IMG/VR virus record: IMGVR_UViG_3300032288_001980
Coordinates: 1 to 64,000 of that record
DNA from: a virus
DNA: 64,000 nucleotides
Strand: one strand, 5' to 3'
The position numbers and the translations under genes were made by a program. Within the stretch, counting starts at the first letter, position 1; the number at the start of each line of letters is the position of its first letter. The notes below the pieces were generated by a model, which had not been told where the DNA came from, did not search any database, and saw only the letters and a program-made list of their open reading frames with translations. This document shows, piece after piece, positions 38,353 through 47,195 of this stretch.

Positions 38353-38984
38353 ATTAAACTGTTAAGCCAAAACTCTCTGACCATTTCACGTCTTGCGGCT
38401 TCGATATCTTCAGCAGTATTGCACTCGTTGATTTTATTGCGCCATTTCTCACCTAAAGTTTCTATTCTAAATTTAGTAATGTTGTCTGACTCGATCCTAA
38501 GTTTTAGTTCCTTGACTGCTTGATGTACCGGTACTTCTAGTGTACGTGCATATTCTTCTAATATGTAAGTATACCTATTATTAGCTATATCGCACTTGGC
38601 TATCTCTGCTTCGGCTACTACATCAAAGTGATCCCACGAATGCCTAGTAACTCTGGCCATAGTATTGTGTAAATGCGTTTCCCAATTAAAAAATGCTTCC
38701 TGTCTTAGCCTTAAAATCTTTTGCTTTTGTTTCCAGCTTTCACTAACATTAGCCGGGTCTATTTCTGTAAATGAATTTATAGTAGGATTTATTACATATA
38801 ATTTCTTAAAGAAAAAGTCTCTGTCAGTGGGCTTAAAGTAATCAACAGAATTGCTGATTGTAATACCTCTGACCATACTGTCACCATCGCCGGCGGCTAA
38901 CGCATTAGCAGTCAATACCCTGGGAGTCATAGTATAGACACAGTAATTTTCTGTGCTCCATACTATGTATTTCATGTCTTGCAT
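38349..38984 (-). CDS. Hypothetical protein coupled to the PP-loop enzyme
   Basis: ATGA overlap with the gene at 37246-38352; helical C-terminus. Confidence 0.72.
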   Translation of the reverse strand: MQDMKYIVWSTENYCVYTMTPRVLTANALAAGDGDSMVRGITISNSVDYFKPTDRDFFFKKLYVINPTINSFTEIDPANVSESWKQKQKILRLRQEAFFNWETHLHNTMARVTRHSWDHFDVVAEAEIAKCDIANNRYTYILEEYARTLEVPVHQAVKELKLRIESDNITKFRIETLGEKWRNKINECNTAEDIEAARREMVREFWLNSLI

Positions 38985-39007
38985 AACCGTTCCCTATAAT
39001 TATGTAC

Positions 39008-39026
39008 GTATTTATTGAATAAATAC
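39008..39026. promoter_or_regulatory. Back-to-back divergent TAAATA late-type promoters forming a perfect palindrome
   Basis: GTATTTATT-G-AATAAATAC between divergent genes. Confidence 0.7.
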
Positions 39027-39076
39027 AACAGCATCACTACGATGTTATCCAAATAAATACTATATTGGAGAGAGAT

Positions 39077-39244
39077 ATGGCAAAAATACACGAAGAACTA
39101 ATCGTTATTAAACTAAGCAGGCTAACAAAAGACAGCGAAGAAACAGTTGTACCCACAGTGGATGCTAACATTGTTGCTAATTTGGAAGTGCTTGTACAAG
39201 AGTTAGTTGGTAATGGAGTAGTTGTGGAAATTATTAAAGATTAA
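39077..39244 (+). CDS. Unlisted 55-aa protein (MAKIHEELIVIKLSRL...)
   Basis: GGAGAG SD, TAAATA at 39054-39059, stop 2 nt before the next ATG. Confidence 0.8.
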   Translation: MAKIHEELIVIKLSRLTKDSEETVVPTVDANIVANLEVLVQELVGNGVVVEIIKD

Positions 39245-39246
39245 AC

Positions 39247-40806
39247 ATGACAACAATTATAAAATCTAGGGGCGATTTACAATTAGACCCTTCGGGCCGA
39301 CTTGTAGTTCACCAGGTAGAAACTTCGGATCCACCACAAAGCGAAAACAGTAACGTTGTTGCTACTACTCGCTGGGTTCGTACTGCCGTTACCGAGTTAA
39401 TTAATGGCGCACCAGGAGTGTTAGATACTCTGGGAGAAATTTCTACTGCTATCGGTAATGACCCTAATTTTGTAAACAATATAACCACATTAGCTAACAA
39501 TGCTGTAATACGTGCCGGTGACACAATGACTGGTCCGCTGATTATGAGTCGTAATCCGCAGTTACCGTTAGAAGCAACAACCAAGCAATGGGTAGAATAT
39601 AAACTCGACGAACAAACTACTGATTTTATTGAAGAAGGTACTAATAACTTATATTTTTTAACTAGCAGAGCACGAAATAGTATCAGTGTTGTTGACAACG
39701 ATATACAGTCTACTTTTTTAAGTTACGATAGCACTAGTGGTCAAGTAAGATATAACCCTAGAACCGATAGACTAATTGAAGTGCCTAGTGCTCGTTTCTT
39801 TACAGAAGCAAGAGCTCAGGCTAGTTTAAGTTATACAACGGGCGTAGCTAACTACAATTCCGGTACTGGTTTAATTACTATACCAAGAAATACTACACAT
39901 ATTGATGAAGGCATAAACAGATACTTTACTGAAATTCGTGCTAGAGAAAGTATTAGTGTACAAGGACCATTACTGTACAACAATCAATCTGGTTTAATTG
40001 ATGTGCCTGCCAGCGGAGTAGTTGCAGGTGTGTATGCTTATGCTAACGTTACTGTTGATCAATACGGTCGTGTCACACACATCGAAGATGGCACTGGATC
40101 GGGGCCTATTAGCACTAATACAAATGGTGGCAATACCAGTATTAGTCTTATCACTGAAGGTAATGGTAGTGTTAATATCCAAGGTGACACTAGCATTGGT
40201 GGCGGGAACTTAAATGTTGCAGGTAATATTCATGCTACAGGCAATATCACAGCAGACGGTAACATTCAATTGGGTAATGCCGCATCTGATACCGTTACAT
40301 TTGCCGCTGAAATTAACAGCGATATTGTACCGCTATCAACCGACACTTATAACATTGGCAGCGTTACAAATCGCTGGCTAACAACTTATAGCAAGACTAC
40401 TGTAAACAACAAACAAATCATTATCAGTGATGCTGATCCTACAGTTAATACCAGTAATTATGTTTTAACTTGCACTACTAGTAATGATGCACCAACCGAA
40501 CTAACTATTGTTGGTACTAATAAAATTCAAATTCCTGCAGGATCCAGTGCTAGCTTTGAAATCAAGTTTGTGGGTGCCAACGGTCTACAGCGTTATGCTA
40601 GTATTGTAAAAGGACTAGTAATTAATAATGGGGGAGTAACATCATTAGTTGGTCCTATTGTTAAAGAAACTTTAGCCAGTACTGGTGCTACATTAAATTC
40701 TAACGTAAGCATATCGGGAAATATACTAAGTATCTCTGCTACTGGCTTGGCAGGAGAAACTATTAAATGGACAGCTTTTGCCAGCGTAACAACGGTAACA
40801 TTCTAA
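39247..40806 (+). CDS. Virion structural / fibre-like protein
   Basis: GAPGVLDTLGEI..AIGNDPNF, repeated TxxIxEGxxxYFTxxRAR units, beta-helix-like GNIxAxGNI repeats. Confidence 0.75.
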   Translation: MTTIIKSRGDLQLDPSGRLVVHQVETSDPPQSENSNVVATTRWVRTAVTELINGAPGVLDTLGEISTAIGNDPNFVNNITTLANNAVIRAGDTMTGPLIMSRNPQLPLEATTKQWVEYKLDEQTTDFIEEGTNNLYFLTSRARNSISVVDNDIQSTFLSYDSTSGQVRYNPRTDRLIEVPSARFFTEARAQASLSYTTGVANYNSGTGLITIPRNTTHIDEGINRYFTEIRARESISVQGPLLYNNQSGLIDVPASGVVAGVYAYANVTVDQYGRVTHIEDGTGSGPISTNTNGGNTSISLITEGNGSVNIQGDTSIGGGNLNVAGNIHATGNITADGNIQLGNAASDTVTFAAEINSDIVPLSTDTYNIGSVTNRWLTTYSKTTVNNKQIIISDADPTVNTSNYVLTCTTSNDAPTELTIVGTNKIQIPAGSSASFEIKFVGANGLQRYASIVKGLVINNGGVTSLVGPIVKETLASTGATLNSNVSISGNILSISATGLAGETIKWTAFASVTTVTF

Positions 40807-40807
40807 A

Positions 40808-41338
40808 ATGAGATTAAGAGAATTATTTGAACAAGCAGTTTCCGAAGCACTATTAGTTACCGATGTACCCAACGAAGATTGGTTAGATGGTAAAGTAGAG
40901 TATGCTAGAAAAAAAGGCTATGACAGTTACAACAGCCCATATATGGGCAGTACAACCGGTTATGTTAGACAGCCTAGCCGCGTAGAAATACCTATAGAGA
41001 TACTTAAAAGAATTCCTGGTGCTAGAAAAGAACAGGAAAATGTTCGCAGAGCAGATCTCGAAGCTATTATGAAAATAATGGACGAAACAGGCAAACTGCC
41101 AATGCATGACGGGAAAGAATATGCACCTTTTATTGGAGTTGCATGGAACGGTGATGCTAGAGTTTTAGAAGGTAATCATAGAATTATGGCCGCGGCTAAA
41201 TTGGGCTGGAAGTCTTTGCCAGTAGAATTAAAATACTTTGATGGCGGCGAACGAGTGGAGTCGGGCATGTTATACCCAGGTAAAATTGGATTAAAAGAAC
41301 CTGAACCCGGAACGACTATTGTTATGAATCAGGATTAA
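40808..41338 (+). CDS. MRLxEL-tagged protein with a ParB/Srx-like domain
   Basis: MRLRELFE; VLEGNHRIMAAAKLGWKSLPV. Confidence 0.72.
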   Translation: MRLRELFEQAVSEALLVTDVPNEDWLDGKVEYARKKGYDSYNSPYMGSTTGYVRQPSRVEIPIEILKRIPGARKEQENVRRADLEAIMKIMDETGKLPMHDGKEYAPFIGVAWNGDARVLEGNHRIMAAAKLGWKSLPVELKYFDGGERVESGMLYPGKIGLKEPEPGTTIVMNQD

Positions 41339-41339
41339 T

Positions 41340-41627
41340 ATGCAAGCTCAAGAATTTGATCATTTTGTTAGGTTAGTCAGCGACCAAGAATTAGACAAAG
41401 ATACTATTAAAGATTTTTTTAGAATAGTATTTGATAGTCCTGTTGGAGCATTAATTGATCAGCAATCTGATGGCGCAGTTATGATATATCATGCCAGAGA
41501 CCAAGAGCATTGCTATGATATTCCTTTAGTTGATGATCTTAGTAAATTGGATGGTGACATAATTTCCAAACGTCTATTGGATAAGTTTCCTTTTGATTTC
41601 AGCATCGAAGCCAGTACTAGTGTTTGA
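41340..41627 (+). CDS. Hypothetical acidic protein
   Basis: Open frame in operon. Confidence 0.7.
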   Translation: MQAQEFDHFVRLVSDQELDKDTIKDFFRIVFDSPVGALIDQQSDGAVMIYHARDQEHCYDIPLVDDLSKLDGDIISKRLLDKFPFDFSIEASTSV

Positions 41628-41652
41628 CAACTAAATTAAATTTAGTTATACT
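41624..41652 (+). promoter_or_regulatory. sigma70 promoter with a palindromic spacer (possible operator)
   Basis: TTGACA 41624-41629, TATACT 41647-41652; AACTAAAT-TAA-ATTTAGTT 41629-41647; ATG 5 nt later. Confidence 0.78.
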
Positions 41653-41657
41653 AGTAC

Positions 41658-42020
41658 ATGATTAAAAACATCACTTCTAACTCCTCATTACTAAATGTAA
41701 GTTGCTATCAAGGCAATACTCCATATATCAGTCCAGGTGCCCAAAGTGCCGGTATGCTTAGATATAACACCAACATGAACTATTTAGAAGTCTATGATGG
41801 TGTCAGTTGGCAACAGTTTGGTGGTGGCAATGCTACTATTGATGTAGCACCTCACGTACAGGCTGCTATTGCGTGGGTACAATGTAAAATGGCCGAAGAA
41901 GCCGAAATGAAGGCTATGGCCGCAAAACATGCCAGCGTGGCCCATGCACTAGCTAACGTAGAGCAAGCAAAGAAAGAACTAGATTTAATTTTCCAACTAG
42001 CCAAGGACCACACAGAATGA
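41658..42020 (+). CDS. Hypothetical phage protein
   Basis: AGMLRYNTNMNYLEVYDGVSWQ; C-terminal coiled coil. Confidence 0.75.
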   Translation: MIKNITSNSSLLNVSCYQGNTPYISPGAQSAGMLRYNTNMNYLEVYDGVSWQQFGGGNATIDVAPHVQAAIAWVQCKMAEEAEMKAMAAKHASVAHALANVEQAKKELDLIFQLAKDHTE

Positions 42021-42295
42021 TTACAGTAGAATTTACCACAGACGACACACTAGAGCAACGCACAGAAACTATCGGCGATTTGCTACATCAGCACCATTGC
42101 GAAGTTACTTTTACCAAAGTAGACGGTTCGGTTAGGGTAATGCCCTGTACTCTCAAAGAAGGTAGCTTTCCCATCGTAGAAAGCAAAGGAACCAAAGCCA
42201 AAAATCCAAATGTCTACAGCGTTTGGTGTACTGACAAGTCAGAATGGCGTAGCTTCAAAATTATGAATGTTACCCAAATTACCGTTCTTGACTAA
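42017..42295 (+). CDS. SH3/WYL-like fold phage protein
   Basis: VTFTKVDGSVRVMPCTL...VWCTDKSEWRSF. Confidence 0.7.
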   Translation: MITVEFTTDDTLEQRTETIGDLLHQHHCEVTFTKVDGSVRVMPCTLKEGSFPIVESKGTKAKNPNVYSVWCTDKSEWRSFKIMNVTQITVLD

Positions 42296-42316
42296 TATTT
42301 TCATTTAATGTATAAT
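42288..42316 (+). promoter_or_regulatory. sigma70 promoter
   Basis: TTGACT 42288-42293, 17 nt, TATAAT 42311-42316; ATG 42323. Confidence 0.8.
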
Positions 42317-42322
42317 AGTAGC

Positions 42323-42697
42323 ATGACTACATTTGTCGCCACGGATTCGTTTACACTAGAACAAGTGCAAGACTTTGCACGTATTAGTGGCGACGACCAA
42401 GAAATTCATGTAGTACACGGTATTGTGCAAGGCGGATTCATTATCAGCAAACTGCCTCAATGGCTAGTATGGAGTAAGTTTACCGAACAGGAATATTTCA
42501 AAGACTGTAAGTATGCGCTCAGTGCAAAAATGGATTTGAAGTTTAGTAAACCTGTTAGAGTTGATACTCCTTTGACAATAGAATTTACTTGCGATAATAT
42601 TAAGTCAGCAATCGTCACTATCGACTGGATTGTTAAAAGTGAAAATACTCGGCATTGCTGGGGATCATGGAAAGTTGTTACAAGAAATGGCACATAA
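42323..42697 (+). CDS. MaoC-like hotdog-fold dehydratase
   Basis: VQDFARISGDDQEIHV, IVQGGF, KFSKPVRV; start moved downstream of the promoter. Confidence 0.75.
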   Translation: MTTFVATDSFTLEQVQDFARISGDDQEIHVVHGIVQGGFIISKLPQWLVWSKFTEQEYFKDCKYALSAKMDLKFSKPVRVDTPLTIEFTCDNIKSAIVTIDWIVKSENTRHCWGSWKVVTRNGT

Positions 42698-43691
42698 ACG
42701 AATTGGCTTTGCTTGCAAGTGGATTGACTTTCCGCATCAGACTGACGGTATCAAACCCAAAGATGACTGCAAGAAATACAATACTGGCACTACTACTATC
42801 AGTTGGTTAAATAGACAAACTAGATCTGTAGCCGAACAAAAGCTCTGGGACCTGATGGTTCAAAACTTAGAAGCTACTAAGTTGCTGGTAGAAAGAGTTG
42901 GCAATCTTGAACCGAAATTTCGTATGGTCCGCCTTAGCAGTGATTTGTTGCCTGCTTATACCGAGCCTAGCTGGCGCTATTTTTGGCATCAGCCTGGGAC
43001 TGTTAGCTATCTTGAGCAACATTTTTCTATCATTGGCCAGCTGGCTAGGCAACTGGGTGTACGTCTTAGTTTTCATCCCGGCCAATATTGCGTACTGGCT
43101 AGTGAATCAGCTGACGTAGTTGATCGTAGTGTAGAGGAGTTTGAATATCATGTGGACATGGCCCGTTACATGGGATACGGTAAAGAATTTCAGGATTTTA
43201 AAATCAATGTCCACATCGCGGGTCGACGCGGTCCCCAAGGTATCATCGACATTATTCCACGACTCACTCCAGAAGCCCGTAACACACTTACCATCGAAAA
43301 CGACGAAATGTCGTGGGGCGTCGAAGACAGCATCAAGCTCGTTGACCATTGTGCCCTTGTACTCGATATACACCATCACTGGATCCGTACAGGAGAGTAC
43401 ATTCAGCCCTCCGACGATAGAGTATTACGTATAATTGATAGCTGGCGCGGCGTTCGGCCCGTTATCCATTACTCTGTTAGTCGCGAAGATATTTTAGTGG
43501 GGCATTGCGTTGATACTCTGCCCGACATGCACAGTTTGCTAGCACAGGGCTACAAAAAAGCCAAACTTAGAGCACACAGTGACTTTTATTGGAATACCGC
43601 AGTTAACCAATGGGCTATTACCTTTAACGATCAATTTGATATTATGTGCGAAAGCAAGGGTAAGAATTTGGCCAGTTTTCAATTAAATTAG
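42687..43691 (+). CDS. uvsE: UV-damage endonuclease (UvsE/UVDE)
   Basis: RIGFACK, RLSSDL, RLSFHPGQY, IENDE, LDIHHH, HYS, AHSD, MCESKGK. Confidence 0.92.
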   Translation: MAHKRIGFACKWIDFPHQTDGIKPKDDCKKYNTGTTTISWLNRQTRSVAEQKLWDLMVQNLEATKLLVERVGNLEPKFRMVRLSSDLLPAYTEPSWRYFWHQPGTVSYLEQHFSIIGQLARQLGVRLSFHPGQYCVLASESADVVDRSVEEFEYHVDMARYMGYGKEFQDFKINVHIAGRRGPQGIIDIIPRLTPEARNTLTIENDEMSWGVEDSIKLVDHCALVLDIHHHWIRTGEYIQPSDDRVLRIIDSWRGVRPVIHYSVSREDILVGHCVDTLPDMHSLLAQGYKKAKLRAHSDFYWNTAVNQWAITFNDQFDIMCESKGKNLASFQLN

Positions 43692-43721
43692 TATTCATTC
43701 ACTAGAAAAAAGATGTGGAAA

Positions 43722-43753
43722 ATGTTGCTCTGCAACATAAATAATGTTATACT
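43722..43753 (+). promoter_or_regulatory. Promoter with a TGC/GCA palindromic operator over the -35 box
   Basis: ATGTTGC-TCT-GCAACAT 43722-43738; TTGCTC 43725-43730, TGnTATACT 43745-43753; TAAATA 43738-43743. Confidence 0.65.
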
Positions 43754-43829
43754 ACAGAATGTACTGTAGTACAAGAGAAACGCCTAATGATAGGGTTTCA
43801 AATTTAACCTCGCTTTTAAGGAGAAAATT

Positions 43830-44048
43830 ATGCAAGAACTAATCAAAGAAACAACAACTGCTTTTGTTACTGATATCAACAAAGCCGCTTTAGAGTTTAC
43901 AAAAACCATTGTAGAAGCTCAAACCCAAGTTGTTAAGACCATGACAAAAGAGTTTTCCAAGCACTATGACCAAGAAAAAGTAAATGCTTTTTACAAGCCT
44001 TGGCAAGACCTAGCTTTACAAACTGCTCGTTCTGTATTCGTTAAGTAA
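43830..44048 (+). CDS. Small amphipathic helical protein, phasin-like
   Basis: 72 aa, all-helical, Cys-free, Ala/Thr/Lys/Gln-rich; strong AAGGAG SD; upstream palindrome. Confidence 0.5.
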   Translation: MQELIKETTTAFVTDINKAALEFTKTIVEAQTQVVKTMTKEFSKHYDQEKVNAFYKPWQDLALQTARSVFVK

Positions 44049-44065
44049 TTTAGAATACTATTCAC

Positions 44066-44108
44066 AAACCCCGCTAAATATAAGATTAAAACTTATATAG
44101 CGGGGTTT
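44066..44108 (+). terminator. Long hairpin acting as terminator and/or gate; contains TAAATA
   Basis: AAACCCCGCT/AGCGGGGTTT plus ATATAAG/CTTATAT; TAAATA 44075-44080; next ATG 44112. Confidence 0.7.
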
Positions 44109-44111
44109 TCC

Positions 44112-45098
44112 ATGAGATTTGAAGAATTTATTAGTCAGCCAGCAATAGGCGACATCATTGAAATTGAACTAGGCGAAGAAATAGTAGAAGCGGTTATCAC
44201 TGCCGTTAACGGTGACGAAATTGTTGCTGAAACTGATAGTATATCCGGTGCCAACTTACTAGTTGAGTCTTATGGAAAATACTGGTGCAGTACAGATAAA
44301 AAGTGGAAGGAACGTCAGGGTCCTAAGCAAACACGCAGTAGTGAAAGCATTGAAGAAGTCAAGCAAAGACTAGATCCTAAATGCTGGGACGGTTATAAAA
44401 AACAGGGCACCAAAATCAAAGGTGGTGTTAGAGTTAATAACTGTGTTAAAGAATCAGCAGATGTTAACAGTCTAGCTAAAATCAGCGATGAAGCACTAGA
44501 CAAAGCCTACGGGTACGGTCGCAGTAGTCCTGGTAACACATTTGGCTGGCAAGCCAATGTTATGAGTGCCACTTATGCTAAAAAACTAATTGATGCTGGA
44601 GAAACAGATATTGAAAAAATCTCTGATGCTATCCACAAAGGTTGGAATGTTACTGCACAAAAGTTTGTACAAGATCCCAATCAGTTTGATGATACAGAAA
44701 AACTACGCCAAGCAGGTAAACTAGATGCTAAGTTAGAGCAAAGAGCCAAGTTAATGAAAATTAACTATGCTCAGTTGTCCGAAGACGAAAAAGAAAAAGA
44801 CCGCGTTGTTGCTCGTGCTTTGTTACAAGCTATTAACGGTGAGCAAGGTGTGGCGGAAGCTGAATATCAAGGACGCAATGTTCCCTTAGGCAAGCCAATG
44901 CAAGGCGATGTTAAGAAGTTTAAGGTTTATGTACGTGATCCAAGCACAGGTAATGTGAAAAAAGTAAACTTTGGCGATCCTAACATGCGTATTAAAAAGT
45001 CCAACCCTAAACGCCGTAAGAGTTTCCGTGCAAGACACAATTGCAGTAACCCAGGACCACGTACAAAGGCACGTTACTGGTCATGCAGAAAGTGGTAA
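44112..45098 (+). CDS. MRFxEF-tagged modular protein (Cys/Lys mini-modules, RyR-repeat-like domain, basic C-terminal module)
   Basis: MRFEEFIS; IHKGW...YAQLSEDEKEKDR; EQGVAE linker; AEYQGRNVPLGKP...RYWSCRKW. Confidence 0.75.
   Translation: MRFEEFISQPAIGDIIEIELGEEIVEAVITAVNGDEIVAETDSISGANLLVESYGKYWCSTDKKWKERQGPKQTRSSESIEEVKQRLDPKCWDGYKKQGTKIKGGVRVNNCVKESADVNSLAKISDEALDKAYGYGRSSPGNTFGWQANVMSATYAKKLIDAGETDIEKISDAIHKGWNVTAQKFVQDPNQFDDTEKLRQAGKLDAKLEQRAKLMKINYAQLSEDEKEKDRVVARALLQAINGEQGVAEAEYQGRNVPLGKPMQGDVKKFKVYVRDPSTGNVKKVNFGDPNMRIKKSNPKRRKSFRARHNCSNPGPRTKARYWSCRKW
44845..44858 (+). repeat. 14-bp linker repeat AAGGTGTGGCGGAA, copy 1
   Basis: Identical at 46694-46707 and 47003-47016; encodes GVAE. 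Confidence 0.92.
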
Positions 45099-45101
45099 GC
45101 T

Positions 45102-45500
45102 GTGCGTAAACATATCAACATTGTAGAAGCTGTTAGTAAAGGTTGTCCCATTGCCACACATGATTTGGAAGTTAATGTAAAGAATCGACAAGTGGGTATA
45201 GACCAACATCACTATGGGCCAGCTAATCCAGACAAGCCCGGCGACTACTGGAAAGTAGCTGCCAAGCAATGGAAGATAGATGAAAAGACTGCCAAGACTA
45301 TGCAATGTGCAAACTGTGCGGCATTTAATATAACAGATGCTATGTACAAATGCATACATGATGGTATGGGCAAAGAAGCGTTTGAATCCGAAAAGACACG
45401 CGAAGCCGCAGACTTAGGTTACTGTAACTTATTGCATTTTAAATGTGCAGGTTCACGCAGTTGTGAGTTATGGATAACCGGCGGACCTATAGTAAAATAA
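45102..45500 (+). CDS. Cys/His-rich hypothetical protein (MRKHINIVE N-terminus)
   Basis: GCP..THD, CANCAAF, CIHDG, YCNLLHFKCAGSRSC. Confidence 0.72.
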   Translation: MRKHINIVEAVSKGCPIATHDLEVNVKNRQVGIDQHHYGPANPDKPGDYWKVAAKQWKIDEKTAKTMQCANCAAFNITDAMYKCIHDGMGKEAFESEKTREAADLGYCNLLHFKCAGSRSCELWITGGPIVK

Positions 45501-45501
45501 T

Positions 45502-47187
45502 ATGCGATTTACTGAATTCATTAAAGGTCCTGCACCTAAACAAACCAAAACACAATTCACAGAAATGGAATTGGCAATAATGGAGGGCGGCGGCAGTTTA
45601 GAACCCGCAGTCGAGTTGCCAGTTGTCAAACGTCAAAGTGCATTATCGCAGGCCATGGGCGAAGCAGAAATGGGTACTGCTTATGCTCGTAACATATCAC
45701 AAGAGTTTCGAAAACTAGGTTACAAAAAGATTGGCAGCGGTGCAGACAGTACTGTGTTTGCCAAAGAAGCAGGTTATGTAATTAAAATTCTTATGCCCGA
45801 AGATCCAGGTAGTCGTGCTGTAGAAGTGTTTAAAAAATTCTACGAATTTTGCCTGCAACATCAAGATCTTAAATGTTTGCCAGTAATCAACGAATATAAT
45901 ACTATCGATGTACTAGATAAAGAATACATTCAGATTGACATGGAACGACTTTTTCCTATTAGGAAAAATACGTTTTCCGAAGCAATGGTTTGGTATCTAA
46001 GTGATTATGTAAGCAATGACATTGCATGGCCTGCGGTTAAAGCGGAATTATCTAACCCTGATAAATGGGAAGAATCGCATTGGCCTAGGCAAGCTGATAA
46101 AATAGCTAACAAAGTAAAAAATCTCACAGCTGATCAAGAACAAACATGGAGTGAATTATATTCTGTAATGTCCATGTTATTTAAAACTGGACGTATCAAT
46201 AAACTAGGTTGGGACTTGCATACTGAAAATGTCATGCAACGTAAAAACGGCGATCTAGTTATTATCGATCCGTGGTTTGCCGACAATACTTTGTTAGAAT
46301 CTAATTTAGAAGAAAAGTGGAGTCAAAAGTACAAGAAGTCTATTAACTGTAGTAATCCCAAAGGATTTAGCCAACGTGCTCATTGCCAGGGTCGAAAGAA
46401 AAATGAAGGCGTTGAAGCCAATTTGAATACCAAGTATAGTCTAAAAAACATGTTCGGTGATGTAAAATCATTGGACAATTTAAGTCTTGAACAGTTGAAC
46501 AAGGCCATGGACGGCCGTGTTCGACTTGTGGGAAGAAAATTTCGCAGTCAAGAAGGACGCAGTTTTAGATACGATGTTAAACTGGCCAATGGTGAATGGT
46601 ATATCATGCATGTAGTTTATGTGCATGGCTTAATTGATGCTTGGCTCACCGATGAAGAAAACAATAAGATACCGTTGAGCAAATTTAAGGCAAAAGGTGT
46701 GGCGGAAGGTATTGATATTGGTCAGGAGTGGATGAGCGATACTGAACTCGACGACTATGTACCAATACAACTTCAAGACGAGTGGCGTGAGCTGTTGGGA
46801 TTTGATGAAGAAGGAAATCCACATCCATTATGGGTTAACATGACTGGGGACTACGAGCCTAACTCAAACGATCCACAACATCGTGCATGGATGGTCAAAG
46901 TAGCTAACAAATGGTTTGCTATGAAAAAGATTCCTAATGTCAAATTCTATGATGTTAGGGACATAGATGACGAATTAGAATGGTTGGTTCAGATTGGTCA
47001 GCAAGGTGTGGCGGAAAACTTTGCTGACGGCAAAGTCAAAGGCAAAAGCCGGCCCGGTCGTGTAAAACGTGCAGGTGCTAGTTGTGATGGTTCAGTCACT
47101 GACTTACGTGCTAAAGCAAAAAATGCCAGCGGCGAGAAAAGTAAAATGTATCACTGGTGTGCTAATATGAAGTCGGGTAAAAAGTAA
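45502..47187 (+). CDS. MRFxEF-tagged modular protein containing a protein-kinase-like domain
   Basis: GSGADSTV, VIK, DLHTEN, IIDP; then KWSQKYKKSINC module, two GVAE linkers and a basic NFADGK module. Confidence 0.78.
   Translation: MRFTEFIKGPAPKQTKTQFTEMELAIMEGGGSLEPAVELPVVKRQSALSQAMGEAEMGTAYARNISQEFRKLGYKKIGSGADSTVFAKEAGYVIKILMPEDPGSRAVEVFKKFYEFCLQHQDLKCLPVINEYNTIDVLDKEYIQIDMERLFPIRKNTFSEAMVWYLSDYVSNDIAWPAVKAELSNPDKWEESHWPRQADKIANKVKNLTADQEQTWSELYSVMSMLFKTGRINKLGWDLHTENVMQRKNGDLVIIDPWFADNTLLESNLEEKWSQKYKKSINCSNPKGFSQRAHCQGRKKNEGVEANLNTKYSLKNMFGDVKSLDNLSLEQLNKAMDGRVRLVGRKFRSQEGRSFRYDVKLANGEWYIMHVVYVHGLIDAWLTDEENNKIPLSKFKAKGVAEGIDIGQEWMSDTELDDYVPIQLQDEWRELLGFDEEGNPHPLWVNMTGDYEPNSNDPQHRAWMVKVANKWFAMKKIPNVKFYDVRDIDDELEWLVQIGQQGVAENFADGKVKGKSRPGRVKRAGASCDGSVTDLRAKAKNASGEKSKMYHWCANMKSGKK
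46694..46707 (+). repeat. 14-bp linker repeat, copy 2
   Basis: AAGGTGTGGCGGAA. Confidence 0.92.
47003..47016 (+). repeat. 14-bp linker repeat, copy 3
   Basis: AAGGTGTGGCGGAA; 17-bp identity with copy 1 (AGCAAGGTGTGGCGGAA). Confidence 0.92.
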
Positions 47188-47195
47188 AACTAATA

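Noticed and set aside
44845-47016. The GVAE repeat as a CRISPR repeat or Chi site
   Set aside because: Too short and irregularly spaced for CRISPR, no cas genes, and it does not contain GCTGGTGG; retained as a linker repeat instead
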